This document shows, piece after piece, positions 36,402 through 49,185 of a stretch of DNA of 64,000 nucleotides. Below the pieces are notes generated by a model. It had not been told where the DNA came from. It saw only the letters and a program-made list of their open reading frames with translations, and made no database searches. Numbering within the stretch: position 1 is the first letter of the stretch; each line of letters begins with the position of its first letter. Location of the stretch: assembly GCA_964187785.1 (NCBI GenBank), contig OZ076415.1, forward strand, positions 1,736,001 through 1,800,000. The letters run 5' to 3'. Both the position numbers and the translations under genes were made by a program. This stretch comes from Amphiscolops sp. MND2022. Its lineage: Eukaryota.

Positions 36402-36774
36402 ATTTCTTCCTTTGACATCCCCACAGATTGAGTTTTCATGATTTAAAGGGCCAGAGGCCCGCCCTCCTTTTTTTTGTTTTCTAAAATCCACCCCCATTTT
36501 TCTCGTTAACTTCCTTAATACGTACAAAATAGTCCGTAAAAGGTCTTCTTTTTTTAAACGACTGCACTCTATCTAACTACTAAACTTTTTAACACTCACT
36601 CTGTCATTTTAAGTTTTAACTTTTAGTTTTCCTTTCTTACCACTTCTAATATACCCTGTTCATGTGCCACTTGATTTTCAGTTTTGTCCTGTTGCTTCGC
36701 CCTTGCGCAGCCTCCCTATATCACACCATCACCCTCTTTCATCCATATCCACTTATTCCCTATCTGTGCTATCA

Positions 36775-39700
36775 ATGGATCCTTCATCGCGTAATCGCAT
36801 GCCTGCTCCCAATAGCCAACAGAATCCCCAATCTCGTATTCCTTCTTCTAACACTCTCCAATCAATGGGCGAGGTTAATGGCCGAGTCGACCAACTAGCC
36901 TTAGTCCAGCAAGCTTTACAAGATGGGGCCACCCCCACCATGATCACTGGCTTTGCCATGATTGTAGCGCAGATGCAAGCGCAAGCTACGCACCCAGAGG
37001 TCTTATTGACCATTACAAGTAGCATTGGACCGCTTGAGCGTTCCGCTACCTTCCGCGATGGTGTTTGCCATGGTTACGATTTAACTCATAACCTGATCGA
37101 CCATCGCTCCCATATGCTCTACGGAGAACCTGACGGGCCTCCTATGGACCAAGAACGATCGTTCAGAATTTCTCCCCCAACAATACAGCCAATCTTCCAC
37201 CCAACACAGCCTGCCCCATCTCAAACTATGATACAGCTTCCACCCCCCGAGACTACAACCTTCAACTGCACTTTGCCTCAAATGCTACCTCCAATCCTCA
37301 CGCCACCTATGCCTCTGGCATCTGTGGGTATCAACCCTCCCACTCTCTCTACTCCTGCCTTTATGCTTCCTTCCGCCTTTCAGGGGGGAGGGGTGCAAGG
37401 AGTGCAAGCAAATCCCATCGAATGCAATCAAGTGACACAAGAAGAAGCCAACAACACTCGCCCAACGAGAAAAGTCACATTTCAAAAAGAAGAGCAAAAG
37501 AAAGAAAGAAAGGATAGAAATGCTCCAATGGATCTCCGCGATAAGTTGAATGCAACGAAGAGAGCTAGAGAGCAAGACGGGCAAACCAACTCAAACAGAG
37601 GAACTCCAGCCCAATCCCCTAGCCAACCAGAAGCCAGGAGACAAAAAGTCACGAGAGAGTTACTAACTGCGGCAGAAATGAAACAGTTGGATATTACAGC
37701 GAGAGACGCACTGCGTCTTCAACGCGAAATACCAAATATGCCTGACGAAGAAAATCCCCCCAAGACAGAAGTTTGCGAGCGCTAACAGCAGAGGGGACCA
37801 AACCACTCAGCGAACTATAGAGAAGGCCAACATTGGAGTAGTTTACAACCGACCAGTTAAGCCACCAATATTCGCCAATGATGGAGGAGTCCCACCATGG
37901 TTCGAGCGTCTCAGGAGAGAATTGCAGAACAGCAACTCCACGTACTTACAACCGCTCCAAGCAACCAACGATCGACTCGCTCGCCAGAGACCCGGCAGAT
38001 TCGGAGAGAACCACCTACAGTCAAAAAACTACGCGAGGAACCCCATCACCCTACTACCAATGGGAAAAGATTTGCTACAGAAAATTAGGATTGCTCTCTT
38101 CGTTGACTCAACCATCAAGTCATCGTATAATGGCAATAACACCTTGATGGACGTTAGACTAATGAATATGCCTTGCACAACGCTTAATGAAATGGCAGAG
38201 GTAACAGACAAAATATTCACGCCAGCGGGGACAGAAACGATACCTCTTCCACCAGTCTTGGTGTATTCGAATGTGATTGATCACCTCGCCCTGCGAGGAT
38301 CATTGCGACATTTCGATACACAAAGCAATCGATTTACCGAAGGCTTCGTCACCGACGAAGTCACGGCCTACATAGAAACAATGTCCTACTTTGTTACTAC
38401 ATTGAAAAACAAAAAACCGAACACCGCAACAGTCTTCGTCTCACCCCCCGGGTACATTTATATCCCAAGAGCACTGCAACAATTCTTATATTTAGTGCTT
38501 GAAGCAGCTTATGCAAGAGACCTCCACTTCTACATTGTTGCTCCAAATTTAAGAGTTAGCGTAACCACGTGGCGCCCCTGCGAGGCGTCGTATCCAGCCT
38601 TTTTGGCAGAGGTGTCCAAAGCCGTCCAGGCATTCACAGGATATCGAGGCAATTCACAATTGATTGTCGACGAAGCAACCGCGTACGACTACGGAATGCA
38701 GATGTCTATCCGATCCCTAGACGAAAACGGTGTACGCAAAGTGTTCGACCCGAACGAGAACGAGAGAAAACACCTAATCGATAACCTCTGGTTTGAAAGA
38801 AGGGATGAGTCCACTCTCGACGAAAAAACACATGAACCAAAATTCCACAAAGAGCTCCTAACTCTTTTTAAAGAAACTGAAAAAGTTAAAACAGAACGGA
38901 CCAACACCACCGTATTTCCCATGGCGGCTATATCTACTGATGCTAAACTTGATATGGCGTCTCTCACTTTGACGCTCTTGACAGTAATGACAAGAGGCTT
39001 GGCAAGACAAAATGAAGTAGAACCAAGCCATACCTATCAAACTTGGCACAAAGCCCTACATGAAACCTTAAATCAAGTCGCCCTGCGGCTAGAAATCCCA
39101 TTTCCTGTGTTTCTTTATAACATTTCCCCCTTTTGGCTCCCGAGTTTTGTTCAAGCCGAATTTAATCTTGATGATCAACAGACGCGGTTATACCAGGAGG
39201 CAATGCAAAAAGCCACCATTAGTGAAATTCTAGCTTACTTAATGGCGGTCGGAATGCACACAGTGTATAAAGGACCCTCTGGGATTCTGCAAAAACTAAT
39301 CTTCGACAAGGGACATCTACCACTCTTCAGCTACTTGGTATTCTCCCAAAGCCAAAAGAACTGGTTACAAGCAATCTTGAACGCCTTGGACCCAGCGGGT
39401 CCTCTACGATTAAAAAGACAACTGGAACTAAACATCGAAGCTATTCTAGCATGGATTTACTCAACATGGGTGAATGTCGCGGGTATCATGCATCCTCTCG
39501 ATGAGAACCCAGCCATTAACAGAGAACCAAACCAGCTCCCTGGCTTCCTGTTTCCTTCACAAATGGCAACCCTTATGCTGGTAGAAACAGAGGACGTGAT
39601 GCCCCTAATTGCCCCAATAGTCTGGCCAATCTTTGGCGCGGTCATGGCTCTAAGGTACCCCACTCAGGTCTTGCGCATGGCAGTGAATACCCCCACCCTT

Positions 39701-40816
39701 TCCATACTGCATTTCGTGATGGCAGATGAGACCCTAGCGGAACCGACTTACCGCAAAGTGGTAGCCAATTTCAGCTCGATGCGACCGCCCATGGCTTATA
39801 CAATTATCAAGGACAAAAAACAGGTTGAGCACAATTTTACTTCTATCATAAAAGCACGTGCACGCTGCGCCCTCCCGATGCCAATGGAATTTCACCCAAT
39901 TGCATGGCTACATATCCCCCTAAATCCAGCAACAGGAGCAGCACATTCCCTTACGGATTGAAACTCAGAGATAATCCTGAGGATTCTAGCCACTGCAAGC
40001 CAAAGATTGGGCGGAAGGCGACGAGGTGAAGAACCCAGCGGGTTGAGATATCCCTATGTGTGTGATGCCTCAAGGATGTACTGCGACCGAACCAACCCTC
40101 GCGCGCACCCATCGGATATACTACAGGCAACAACGTGCTGGTCGAAACCAGACTTAGTAGATTTTGCAGTCCACCAGACTTCTCAGCACATAAAAGCCAA
40201 GACGCCCTCAGTAGCAAAAGAGCCAAACAGAAAGACTCTACCAATCAATACAGAAGTCCCAAATAATCCGCGCGCTGCGCTAGAGATATTCTTGAACCTA
40301 CACAGTAGACAAAAGGAAAAAGGGGATTCTGTTGGAGAAGAGTATGCACGCGGAATCCAGACCTTCAAAAGTTTGTTCATTCAACATGGCTACCCAGAAC
40401 TTGCCAACAAACTACCTGAATTCCCACAGGGAAACATCATCGAACAAAGCAGTGCAACGAATACAGCTGCCCCTGGCAGCTCACAGCAAGAGACACCCAG
40501 TGAATTGCCCGCGGAAAGAATGGAAACTCGAATGGAAGAAGACCAAAAGAATCAATCCATCGTCATTGAGACTCCTGATGAACCTATGACAGATGATAAC
40601 TTCACTCTATCCGACGGTGCAACCCCTACTCAAGACGAACCCGAGACAGGAATATCTCAAATGGATGCTGCTGATATCGAATCTGAGTTGAACAACCTAC
40701 TCACCATCGACGATTCGATACAATATCCTCCCTTGGTGGCGGAATCTTCAATAAACCAAGATTCAGCAATGACATCCTCCGTTTCGGATTCACAACAAAG
40801 CCAAAACGATGAGTAA
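36775..40816 (+). pseudogene. Accessory ORF of element 3 (reconstructed ~1,346 aa) with SGNH/GDSL-like domain
   Basis: ORF 36664-37785 (ATG 36775) joins ORF 37922-39961 (frame open from 37667) by removing one C from CCCCCC 37756-37761; ORF 40007-40816 is in the same frame after a single TGA at 39959; SGNH-like blocks at 38090-38636. Confidence 0.7.
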
Positions 40817-41371
40817 AAGAATAACAATCGACGCTGAGCCGTTCAATCTGAAAACGAAAACTTGCCTTTGAATAGACAGGACTTTACCCCAATGGTCTTA
40901 GACCATTGCATTTTTGTTGGTGCTAAGACACTGAATTGCAAAGTAATACCTATTATCTACTTAAATTTTAGTTCATCTGCATCATATGGGTGGGCCCTGA
41001 GCCAGTGCCCACCCTCTCTAGTTCGGTAATTAACCATTGTTACCAAGACTTGAATTTTGTTACCTGGAGAAGTGCTAGAGCACCTCCTAGAAAAAAGATT
41101 TTAATCTGAGTTTGCGAAATTGCTTACAAATTTTGAGATTGTCAATCATAAATTTTAGTTTTGTCCAGTGAATATTTTTAGTTCTCGCTAAGACCAATTG
41201 ATACTAATATAAGGAAATAACAAAAGAAAAATTTGGAGATTGAAAGAAAGCAAGTAAGGAAAAAACAAAACCTTCCTAGGATGTTCAAAAAAAAGAGAAA
41301 AAATCTCAGCATTGCTATCACCCTCTGGGTATTAGCATCCTTTCGTTTGCCGAGGACGACAAACTACGGCC

Positions 41372-41380
41372 CGGGGAGGA
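41372..41380 (+). promoter_or_regulatory. Polypurine tract of element 3
   Basis: (C)GGGGAGGA immediately before TGTAAC of the 3' LTR. Confidence 0.75.
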
Positions 41381-42096
41381 TGTAACGTCTGCCACCGGCA
41401 TGACCAAAATTTCGATGAAAAATTCGAAATGTGCGATGTCAAAATAGAAGAAAAAAGATGGCCGACCTGACAGGTACAAAAAGTGTGAAAAAAAAAGAAA
41501 ACACGCGGAGAGCGAGCAAAAAAAGAGAACACGTGCCGGAGAGACAGCACAAAAAGATGAAAGAGCAAGAAGATCGAGGAATGTCAGAATGGCGATTATC
41601 GGAAAGTTGTGTCATCTCTTACGAAATTCAACAATTTCAGATGAAGATTGCCAGAGGGATATTCCGAATTATGGCTTGAAACTGTAAAGTAATTGGGGTT
41701 TGTCCCCGTTTTTCCTTATTATCTTCATAATTCCCTTCGATATTTGAAAGATGTTTGACCTTCTAGGTCATTTTATATCTTATTTCCCAAATATTATGTT
41801 TTCCAGCTAAATCACTGTTTTGACCTCGGAAGCATGTAGGAACTCGCAGGAGTACATTAGAAACCTTAGGAATGTTTTTACAGGCTTGTGGGGCGTGTCC
41901 GGACTTTGAGAGTGCCGGCGCGTCGCTTCGGAGCTCTAACTAGAGAAGCCTCCTTAGACGTTAGAAAAGTCCCCCTTGGAGACCATTTTGGGATCAAAAA
42001 CTAGTGTCTAGGTATGTAGTAAGACAACGGTCTCCTGTTTAAGCATCCTAGGCATTGTCCCTCTTCCTAGATGTGCGTCGCTAGCCGGTCGTTACA
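41381..42096 (+). repeat. 3' LTR of element 3 (716 bp)
   Basis: About 99.4% identical to the 5' LTR. Confidence 0.96.
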
Positions 42097-43298
42097 TATT
42101 TTATCAGCAAAGAGCTTGTTATGAGTTTTATCGCAATTTTAATGCAAAATAACTTCAGTCGCGTAATAAACTGCATATTATTGTCATGTTTAGACCCTAT
42201 TTGAGACGCGGTGATCACATCATCTGAGCAGTTGACGAAACAAAGTGTAAATACAAAGTGTGATCGTGTCGGTAATGAAATGGGATTTAATTTTAAATTG
42301 TGCAACAAATTCAACCGTGACCTTATACTAAATTTTCTACATTTTAGTTTTAAAATTTTCCTGCATGCAGGCGTGCAGAATGTAAAACTTACCAGCAGTC
42401 TCAACTATGGCAACCAAGAGTGATCCGATTCTTCAGACAACAATCAGACGTCTCTCTTTCAGTCATTTCGTTGACACTTTTGACGCGTGAAAGTTCATTT
42501 TCTTCGAAAAAATAGTTGTCAAAGTGAATGATTTACAGTCTGAATTGAAATGTTCCGAATTGTTTTAGAACATTTGTTGACAAATTTTGAGAACTCAAAA
42601 GTTTTCATGTGTTCCGTTTTTTATGGTTCACTTAGTTTGAAATAGTCAAATGAAAGATTCAAAAAGGCAAAATTCACAGATGAAACGATTATATTCTAGA
42701 ACAGTAGATATATTTTTTTCTGTCACTGAAGCCAAAAAGGTTTTTTCACGTTGCCACTGTGAATTTTCAGCGGTGCAACCCAAATTGACGGAACAAAGTC
42801 TTCTTAGCAATGTTTTCAATTTCAGTATTTTTTCCAGCAACGAAATCTGGGGAAACTGAAATTTGATGACTTTGTGACCAAGTTGAAACTACAATTGTTT
42901 GAAAAAATACATGCAAAAGCTTCTCATCTGAACAATTATTTCGAGTTTCAACCAAATGAAGAAGACATAGAATCGTTTGGCGACAGTTGTAAAAAATCTT
43001 TATTTCGAATTAAATCGAAATTTTGGGCATTTGAGTTTGAAGAATGTATTTCAATTGATGTAATTAGATGGTAATTAAGCGAAACGAGCTTCAATCTTGA
43101 CTGATAATGAACATGGTCAAGAGCTGATGAAAAATTCGAGAGGAGATATTATGTCATGATAGCCACAAAAATCAATTTGACGGAAGAAGACCAAAACACG
43201 CACAAAAGTTAACAGAAAACTGCAAAAAAGTCACAAGTGATACTTTCAAAAAAAAAGAGGACACCTTTGATCAAAAAACTGTGTCAACGGTACAAAAC

Positions 43299-43490
43299 TG
43301 AAGTAACGTGGAGAAACAAGAGGATAAATACAGTGAATTTAAAAGCTAGAGCGTAAGTATCAAAACAGATCAGTATCGTATATATTTTCAGTGTGTCCAT
43401 ATACGCATTAACGTTACATGACATCTAAAAGTGGCAGGTAGTTCAATGTTCACTTTAATTGGATTGTTCATTTTGCCATTTCATGCCACA
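43299..43490 (-). repeat. 3' LTR of element 2 (192 bp)
   Basis: Direct repeat of 48993-49185; shares block TTAA..TGAACATT.AA.TACCTGCC with element 1 LTRs. Confidence 0.93.
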
Positions 43491-43621
43491 TTCCCTTCTT
43501 CCGGGATCTCCTAAGGGAGCTATTTTTGTTGTGGGTTGTCCTTCTTGATTCGTGGAAATGGGGTGAATGGGAATCGACCTGGAGTGGTGAAAGTGTAGGC
43601 GTCTCCTAAACGTAAAAGGTT

Positions 43622-46600
43622 TTAAAATATTCTACCCCGCCTAATTTCACTACTCTTCGTGCTGATTTTATCCTTTCGGATCTACGCGGTTCAGATTCTG
43701 ATTTTATTTGATTTTTTTTTCAAAGTAAGAATTTTGTTCCGCCCTAATTTTACCTGTTGTCCCTTCTCCTGGTTCCGCGGTTTCATTTCCAGTATCGGGC
43801 GTTGTTTGGCGGTGTATCGGTGTACCTTGAACGTCCGGTTGCGGTGGGTTAGTGGCCCGTCCGGTGCTACATCCGACCTGTGTTGTGGGTGCCGGTGTCT
43901 GCTCCCGCAATCTTTCGATTTCTCGTCCGATATCGGCTCTGATATCTGTCTCTTCCGGATCTTCTTCTTCTCGGTCGGAGTCGGGGTTGTCTTCTCCCGA
44001 GCTGGGGTCGGCGGTGTTAGATTCTCTGCTGGATGAGTTGTATGCGATTATCCGCTTGTATTTCTTCTTTGTGGGCATTGTCGAGAAAGTGCGACTGGTG
44101 CTGGGTCCTTCCTCGGCGTCGTTGTTATTGTTGTCTAAATTTGCCGCTGCTGAATTTTCCGCACCTTTTGCACCGGGTGATGGCCTTCTTCGGTTTGTCT
44201 GGTTTCCTTGGGGTCTGAAATTTTAAAGGTTTAGAAGCGAGTTTTTTGTGTATTGTCCTACCGTCAGAGGTAGAGTCAGTGTGATCGGTCTCTTTTATTG
44301 CTGTTAGAATTTTATTTGTTTTAAAACCACAATTCATTGAGTTGGCTTTATTCTCGTTTTCTAAGAATTGATATTTTTTGAATTTCCGGCTTACCGAACG
44401 GTTCCTTTTTCGTGCATCGTTGAGCACCAGGTAGTCGGCCATTTCTCCTTCAGCGTCGTTGATGGTGACTACTTGTAGCTCTGTTGGTTGTGCTAAAAAT
44501 ATAGTTAGTTAGTGTTTTCTTCCAATTGGATAGCAGACATTCGGATATACCGAATATGTTGGTAAGTGCAGTGCGTGGTTTTCTGCCTAAGTGCATTCGG
44601 AAAAACGTCATATTTAATCTACTGTGTGGAGTCTGTCTGATTGTTTTGATGGCTAATTGAATGCTGTCTTCGGAATTTCAATCCATCGGCCATGTTCGCT
44701 CTAGTTAATGACTTAATTGTCCGTATCATACGCTCCACTAGGCCGGTACCGGTGTGTAGGTTCGGAGTGCATCTTATGCGTTTTATGTTTTCATCCGTAC
44801 AGAATTTTTTTGAAATCGCTGCTTTTGAAGCAGCTGCCGTTATCAGTTCTAATACACTGTGGTGACCCGTTGTTTGTGAAATATTCGGTTAAAAATTTTG
44901 AAACGGTTCGGGTATCCGCACTTTTACATACTTGTGCGGTGGGCCACTTGCTAAAACGGTCTACCGCTACTAAAATGTAAACGTCACCGCGTGACTTTGA
45001 TTTTATTGGACCGGCGAAATCCAATTGAATCTCCTGATTCGGTTCGGTTAAAATTTCTAAATTATTTTTCTCCGTCGACGGAAATTGTGTAATGATGTTC
45101 TTACCTGCGGCTCTACAACTCGGGCATGTCTCTGCTTTTTCGTGTACATCTCGGTTCAGGCCAGGCCACCAGAAGGCTTCGGCGAGTTGTTCCATTTTAT
45201 TTTTGGAGACATGGCCGTGGTGCAGCATAGCAATGATGGTCGACCGCATATTTTCCGGGATTACTAATCTGTCATTATAAAATAGCAATCCGAATCTGGT
45301 TGACAGATGTAGACGGTGGGGGCGATAGGGATAGAAGATACTTTCGGGCTGTTGTTGTTCGATTGCGGCAATTGTGTTTAAGATTTTGACATCGCGTGCT
45401 GTCTCATCCACCAATAGAGACAGGTCCAATGCAAAGTCCTTTTCTGCTTTCTTTAGTACATCTGCGGTTTTCTCGTTTTGTTCTGGTTCTAGCGTGTTCA
45501 GTTTGGCCGTCTGCTTCAGTCTAATGAGATTGACCGTTTCGTGTTTCTTGAACCGTCTCAATGCGTTGGTGGGGCATTTATCTTGCTTTGTCTGGCTTTC
45601 TCCATCGGACTGATTATTGTTTATCCAAGATTCGTTGTTGTTCTGCTGGAATTCTTGTAGAGTGTATTCAGTGTTTCACAATAGTGAAAAGAACGATTGT
45701 AAATTTCAATGTTTAATTCAGCTATTCGTTTTCGTCCCGCTTGATTGGGCCTATACTTTTGAATTCTCTCGCTTTCCTTGCCCTTCCCCACTATTCGAGT
45801 CTTGTCCGGTTTCAGGATATGGTTTCTTTCGATCCACAGACGCTTCGTCTCTGGTGAATGGCCTCTCTTTTTGAATATAAAATCCATATCGATTCCGTTG
45901 ACCTTGTCCATTTTATTGCTTGGCGACGGTAAAGTTTTGAATGAGTTTGGAATGCTGCTGTTTAGTAACGGTGAGGCTTTAAGCAAATGAGTATTTCGAT
46001 TTCGTTCGCATATGTTAGAGTCGCTTTGTGATTGGTTGAATTTTTCTGTCGTGTCGTTTCGTTCGGTGAATCGTTTTATGCTGCCGCGTTTTTGGTTATA
46101 TTCTAATAGGCCGTATATTTGATTCACAACGAACTCTTCTTCGGCTTCCGCTTCAGTTAATCCGTCCGCTTTGTTTTCTAGTTCGGCGATTTCGGTTGGT
46201 ATGATCGGATGACGGCTCAAATAGTCCGTCAGCGGAATGATTTTACCGGCCGTGTATTGAACATTGACGTCGAAATGGCTCAATCTATCCAGCCAACGTG
46301 TCAATCGCGCGCTGTATTGCTTATGAGCACGGTTCTTTTTCAACAGCGGTTGTAACGCTTGGTGATCTGTTAGCAAATTTACTCTTTTTCCATACACAAA
46401 ATACCTGAAGTATTCTAAATCCCACAGAGCCCCTTGTAGTTCTAATTCATTGATTGCATATTTCTTTTCACAATCAGTTAAAAATCTACTTGCGAATGCT
46501 ACGGGTCTAAAGGTTTCACCTTCTTTCTGCCATAGTGTTGCGCCTAGTCCGGTATTACACGCATCTGTGGTGATGTAGTTTTCCTTCTGTGGGCCGAAGT

Positions 46601-48957
46601 GCGCTAGGCATGGGGCCTCTGTGATCTCTTTCTTCAGCTTTTCAAAGTCTTCGTCTATCTCGGGTGTCCATTCCCATTTGGTGTCCTTTCTCAAGAGTTT
46701 CCTCATTTCATCGGTTTTCTTCGATAGATTTTTGATGAATTTCGATAAGGTGCTGTATTGATCCCAGGAATGACTTCAGTTCTTTGACGTTTTTCGGGGC
46801 TTCTAGTTTAGTTATTGCTTCCGTTTTGTCCTTGATTGGTTTAACGCCATTTTGGTTGATATAGTAGCCGAGCCAGGTTAATTCCTTTTTGAATAGTTCT
46901 GTTTTCTTTTCGCTTGCTCGATAACCGGCGTCTTGCAATTCTCGCAGTTCTTTTTCATGGTCTTCAATATCGCCGTTAGTCACACAAATGATGTCGTCTA
47001 ACCAGACCGGTGTTTTGAATTCCAACACGATGTCGATATGTTCTTGGAATACCGTAGGGTTGTCGGATAAGCCGTAAAAACCTTTCTTGAACCGGTAATG
47101 TCGGTGAATTCTCCCCAAATGATGGAGAATACGCAGTGTCTTGCGGCTTCGTTCGACAATTTGGCTTGCCCGTATGCGTAATCCAGGTGGATTTTGGACA
47201 TCCAAATATCCCCATTTCCTTTAGTGATTTTGGCGGAAATTTTGCTGATCAATTCTTCCATGGTCGGCATCGCAGCTTTTCTTTTTATACATGCGTCGTT
47301 CAGTTTTCGTGAATCCAGAGCTATTTTGACTGATTTGTCCTTTTTGATGGTGATAACTGCGGGTGATACGAAGCAATTTTCAGTTGTTTTGTCAGCTTTT
47401 TCCAGATGTCCTTTGTCTATTAGTTTTTCTAACTCTCCACGGACAATTTTTTGGAAATAAATAGGGACCGGCCGTCCCTTCTGTTGGATTGGCTTGACGT
47501 CTTTTTTCAACTGAATATCGATGATAAGATCCTTGATAGTGTGGTTGTTTTTGAATAGATCTTCGTATTCGTTGATGATTCTTTTTCTTCTTTCATCTTC
47601 TGTCACATGGCGGATAACATTTGTTTTCTTGCTGCCTTGTAATCCAATTTCCAGTTTATCAAGCCAATCTAAGCCCAATAATGGTTGAGTGTTTTTGTTT
47701 TCTGTTATTAAGATTGGTAGTATCTCTCTGCTTTTTTCTGTTTTCACCTCAACCATGGCTTCCCCCTTGAATTTTATTGGATTCTTGTTTACGTCCACAA
47801 ATGTTCTTGTTGTTTTCTTCAGTTCAGTCAAATCAATAACTGGCGGGATAATCGTCACGGGAGAGCCGGTATCAATAATGAATTCTATTGGCTGGCCGTG
47901 GACCAATAGGATAGTTTTGTAGAAGTCGACTCGGTTAATACCGTTTACGGATTGAATGTGGTCCACTTCCGGCCATGGTTCGGTATTACTGTCCGATGAA
48001 GCCGCTTCGGCTATCCGGCTCACGGTCTTGGATTTGCAAACTTTGGCAAAATGTCCCATCTTTTTGCAGTTGTTGCATTGTGCTCTCCGTGCCGGGCAAA
48101 TATGTTCCATGGACCAGTTTGGCTTCCCGCAGAAGCGGCAGGTTTTGTTCGATAATTTCCTTTTATCGTTGAATTGTGTCCTCCACTTCCGTGATTGGTT
48201 CGTATGTCCAATTAGTTCGGTGCTTGTTGAGCTACTTGTGGATTCTTTTTTGGCTTTTTTGGTTTTGGGTTTTTTTATCGCCGTACTTTCTGTTGTAATT
48301 GTCAAATTCTATGGTCTCCAATACCAATTGTATTTTCAGAGGGCCCTTTATAAATTTGTCCCGGGCTCGTTTGTCTTTAATTGTGGCTGCAAATTTGTAC
48401 GTGATGATTTCTTCTGCCGTTATATTCCCAAAGTCACACTTTCTCTCGATGTCCACGAGCCTCTTCCAATATTCATCTAAAGTTTCGCTTTCATCTTGCT
48501 TCATATTGAAAAATTGGGCCCTGCTGTGGAAGACGTTTCTTACCGGGAGAATTGTTTTTTGATTAATGTCAGTAGTTCCGGCAATTTGACATCTTTTATT
48601 TCTCGGCCCCATTGTCCTCTCACGATTTCATGTTTGGCTTTTGGGCCTAGAGCCCAGATAACGTCACTTTTTATGTGGTATACCGTGTGGGGGTCCATGT
48701 ATTCTACTCCTTCGTCGGTAATTTCGTCCAAATTTCGGTTGTAGGTCAGAAGGATATATTCCGAAATTTGTTCCCACCACATCTTGGGGTTGATTTTTCT
48801 CTATCGGGTCGGTTTCTCTATCAGATAGGATAGGAATCTCGTATTTGCTTTTTTCCGCTCTTTCTGACATCGTTTGGTTGTTGATTGTCCGTGTTGACTG
48901 TTCCGAAGACATCGGTCTGTCCTCCGTGGAGTTGAGGTCAGTATTATTATTATCCAT
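43622..48957 (-). pseudogene. gag-pol of element 2, multiple frameshifts and stops
   Basis: Mag-type double Cys/His array CRFCG..HICPA...CNNCKKMGHFAKVC (48036-48140); protease IDTGSP (47865-47873); RT WLDD (46993-47004); RNase H TTDACN; integrase HHGH..CPSC, LDFAGP, TDNG, GLVER; ends KLGGVEYF*. Confidence 0.92.
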
Positions 48958-48992
48958 TGTTTTTCTTTCTGTTCAAGATGCTGACTGCGCCA

Positions 48993-49185
48993 TGAAGTAA
49001 CGTGGAGAAACAAGAGTATAAATACAGTGAATTTAAAAGCTAGAGCGTAAGTATCAAAACAGATCAGTATCGTATCTATTTTCAGTGTGTCCATATACGC
49101 ATTAACGTTACATGACATCATGAAAGTGGCAGGTAGTTCAATGTTCACTTTAATTGGATTGTTCATTTTGCCATTTCATGCCACA
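48993..49185 (-). repeat. 5' LTR of element 2 (193 bp)
   Basis: TG...CA termini, PBS adjacent. Confidence 0.93.

Larger units (their letters stand above)
23187..42096 (+). mobile_element. Giant (18,910 bp) Ty3/gypsy LTR retrotransposon (element 3) with accessory domains
   Basis: LTRs 23187-23903 and 41381-42096 (TGTAACG...CGTTACA; 3 substitutions plus 1 indel); PBS; PPT; gag-PR-RT-RH-IN order; extra ORF before the 3' LTR; flanked by TAT/TAT. Confidence 0.96.
43299..49185 (-). mobile_element. Ty3/gypsy LTR retrotransposon, Mag-like (element 2), decayed
   Basis: LTRs 48993-49185 (5') and 43299-43490 (3'), about 4 differences; TSD AAAAC (43294-43298/49186-49190); PBS TGGCGCAGTCAGCA at 48979-48992 (-); PPT 43491-43502 (-). 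Confidence 0.95.

Noticed and set aside
36518-36528. ATACGTACAAA shared upstream of gag (26625) and of the accessory ORF
   Set aside because: The TACGTACA core also occurs in unrelated AT-rich flanks (~7494, ~54642); not distinguishable from chance.
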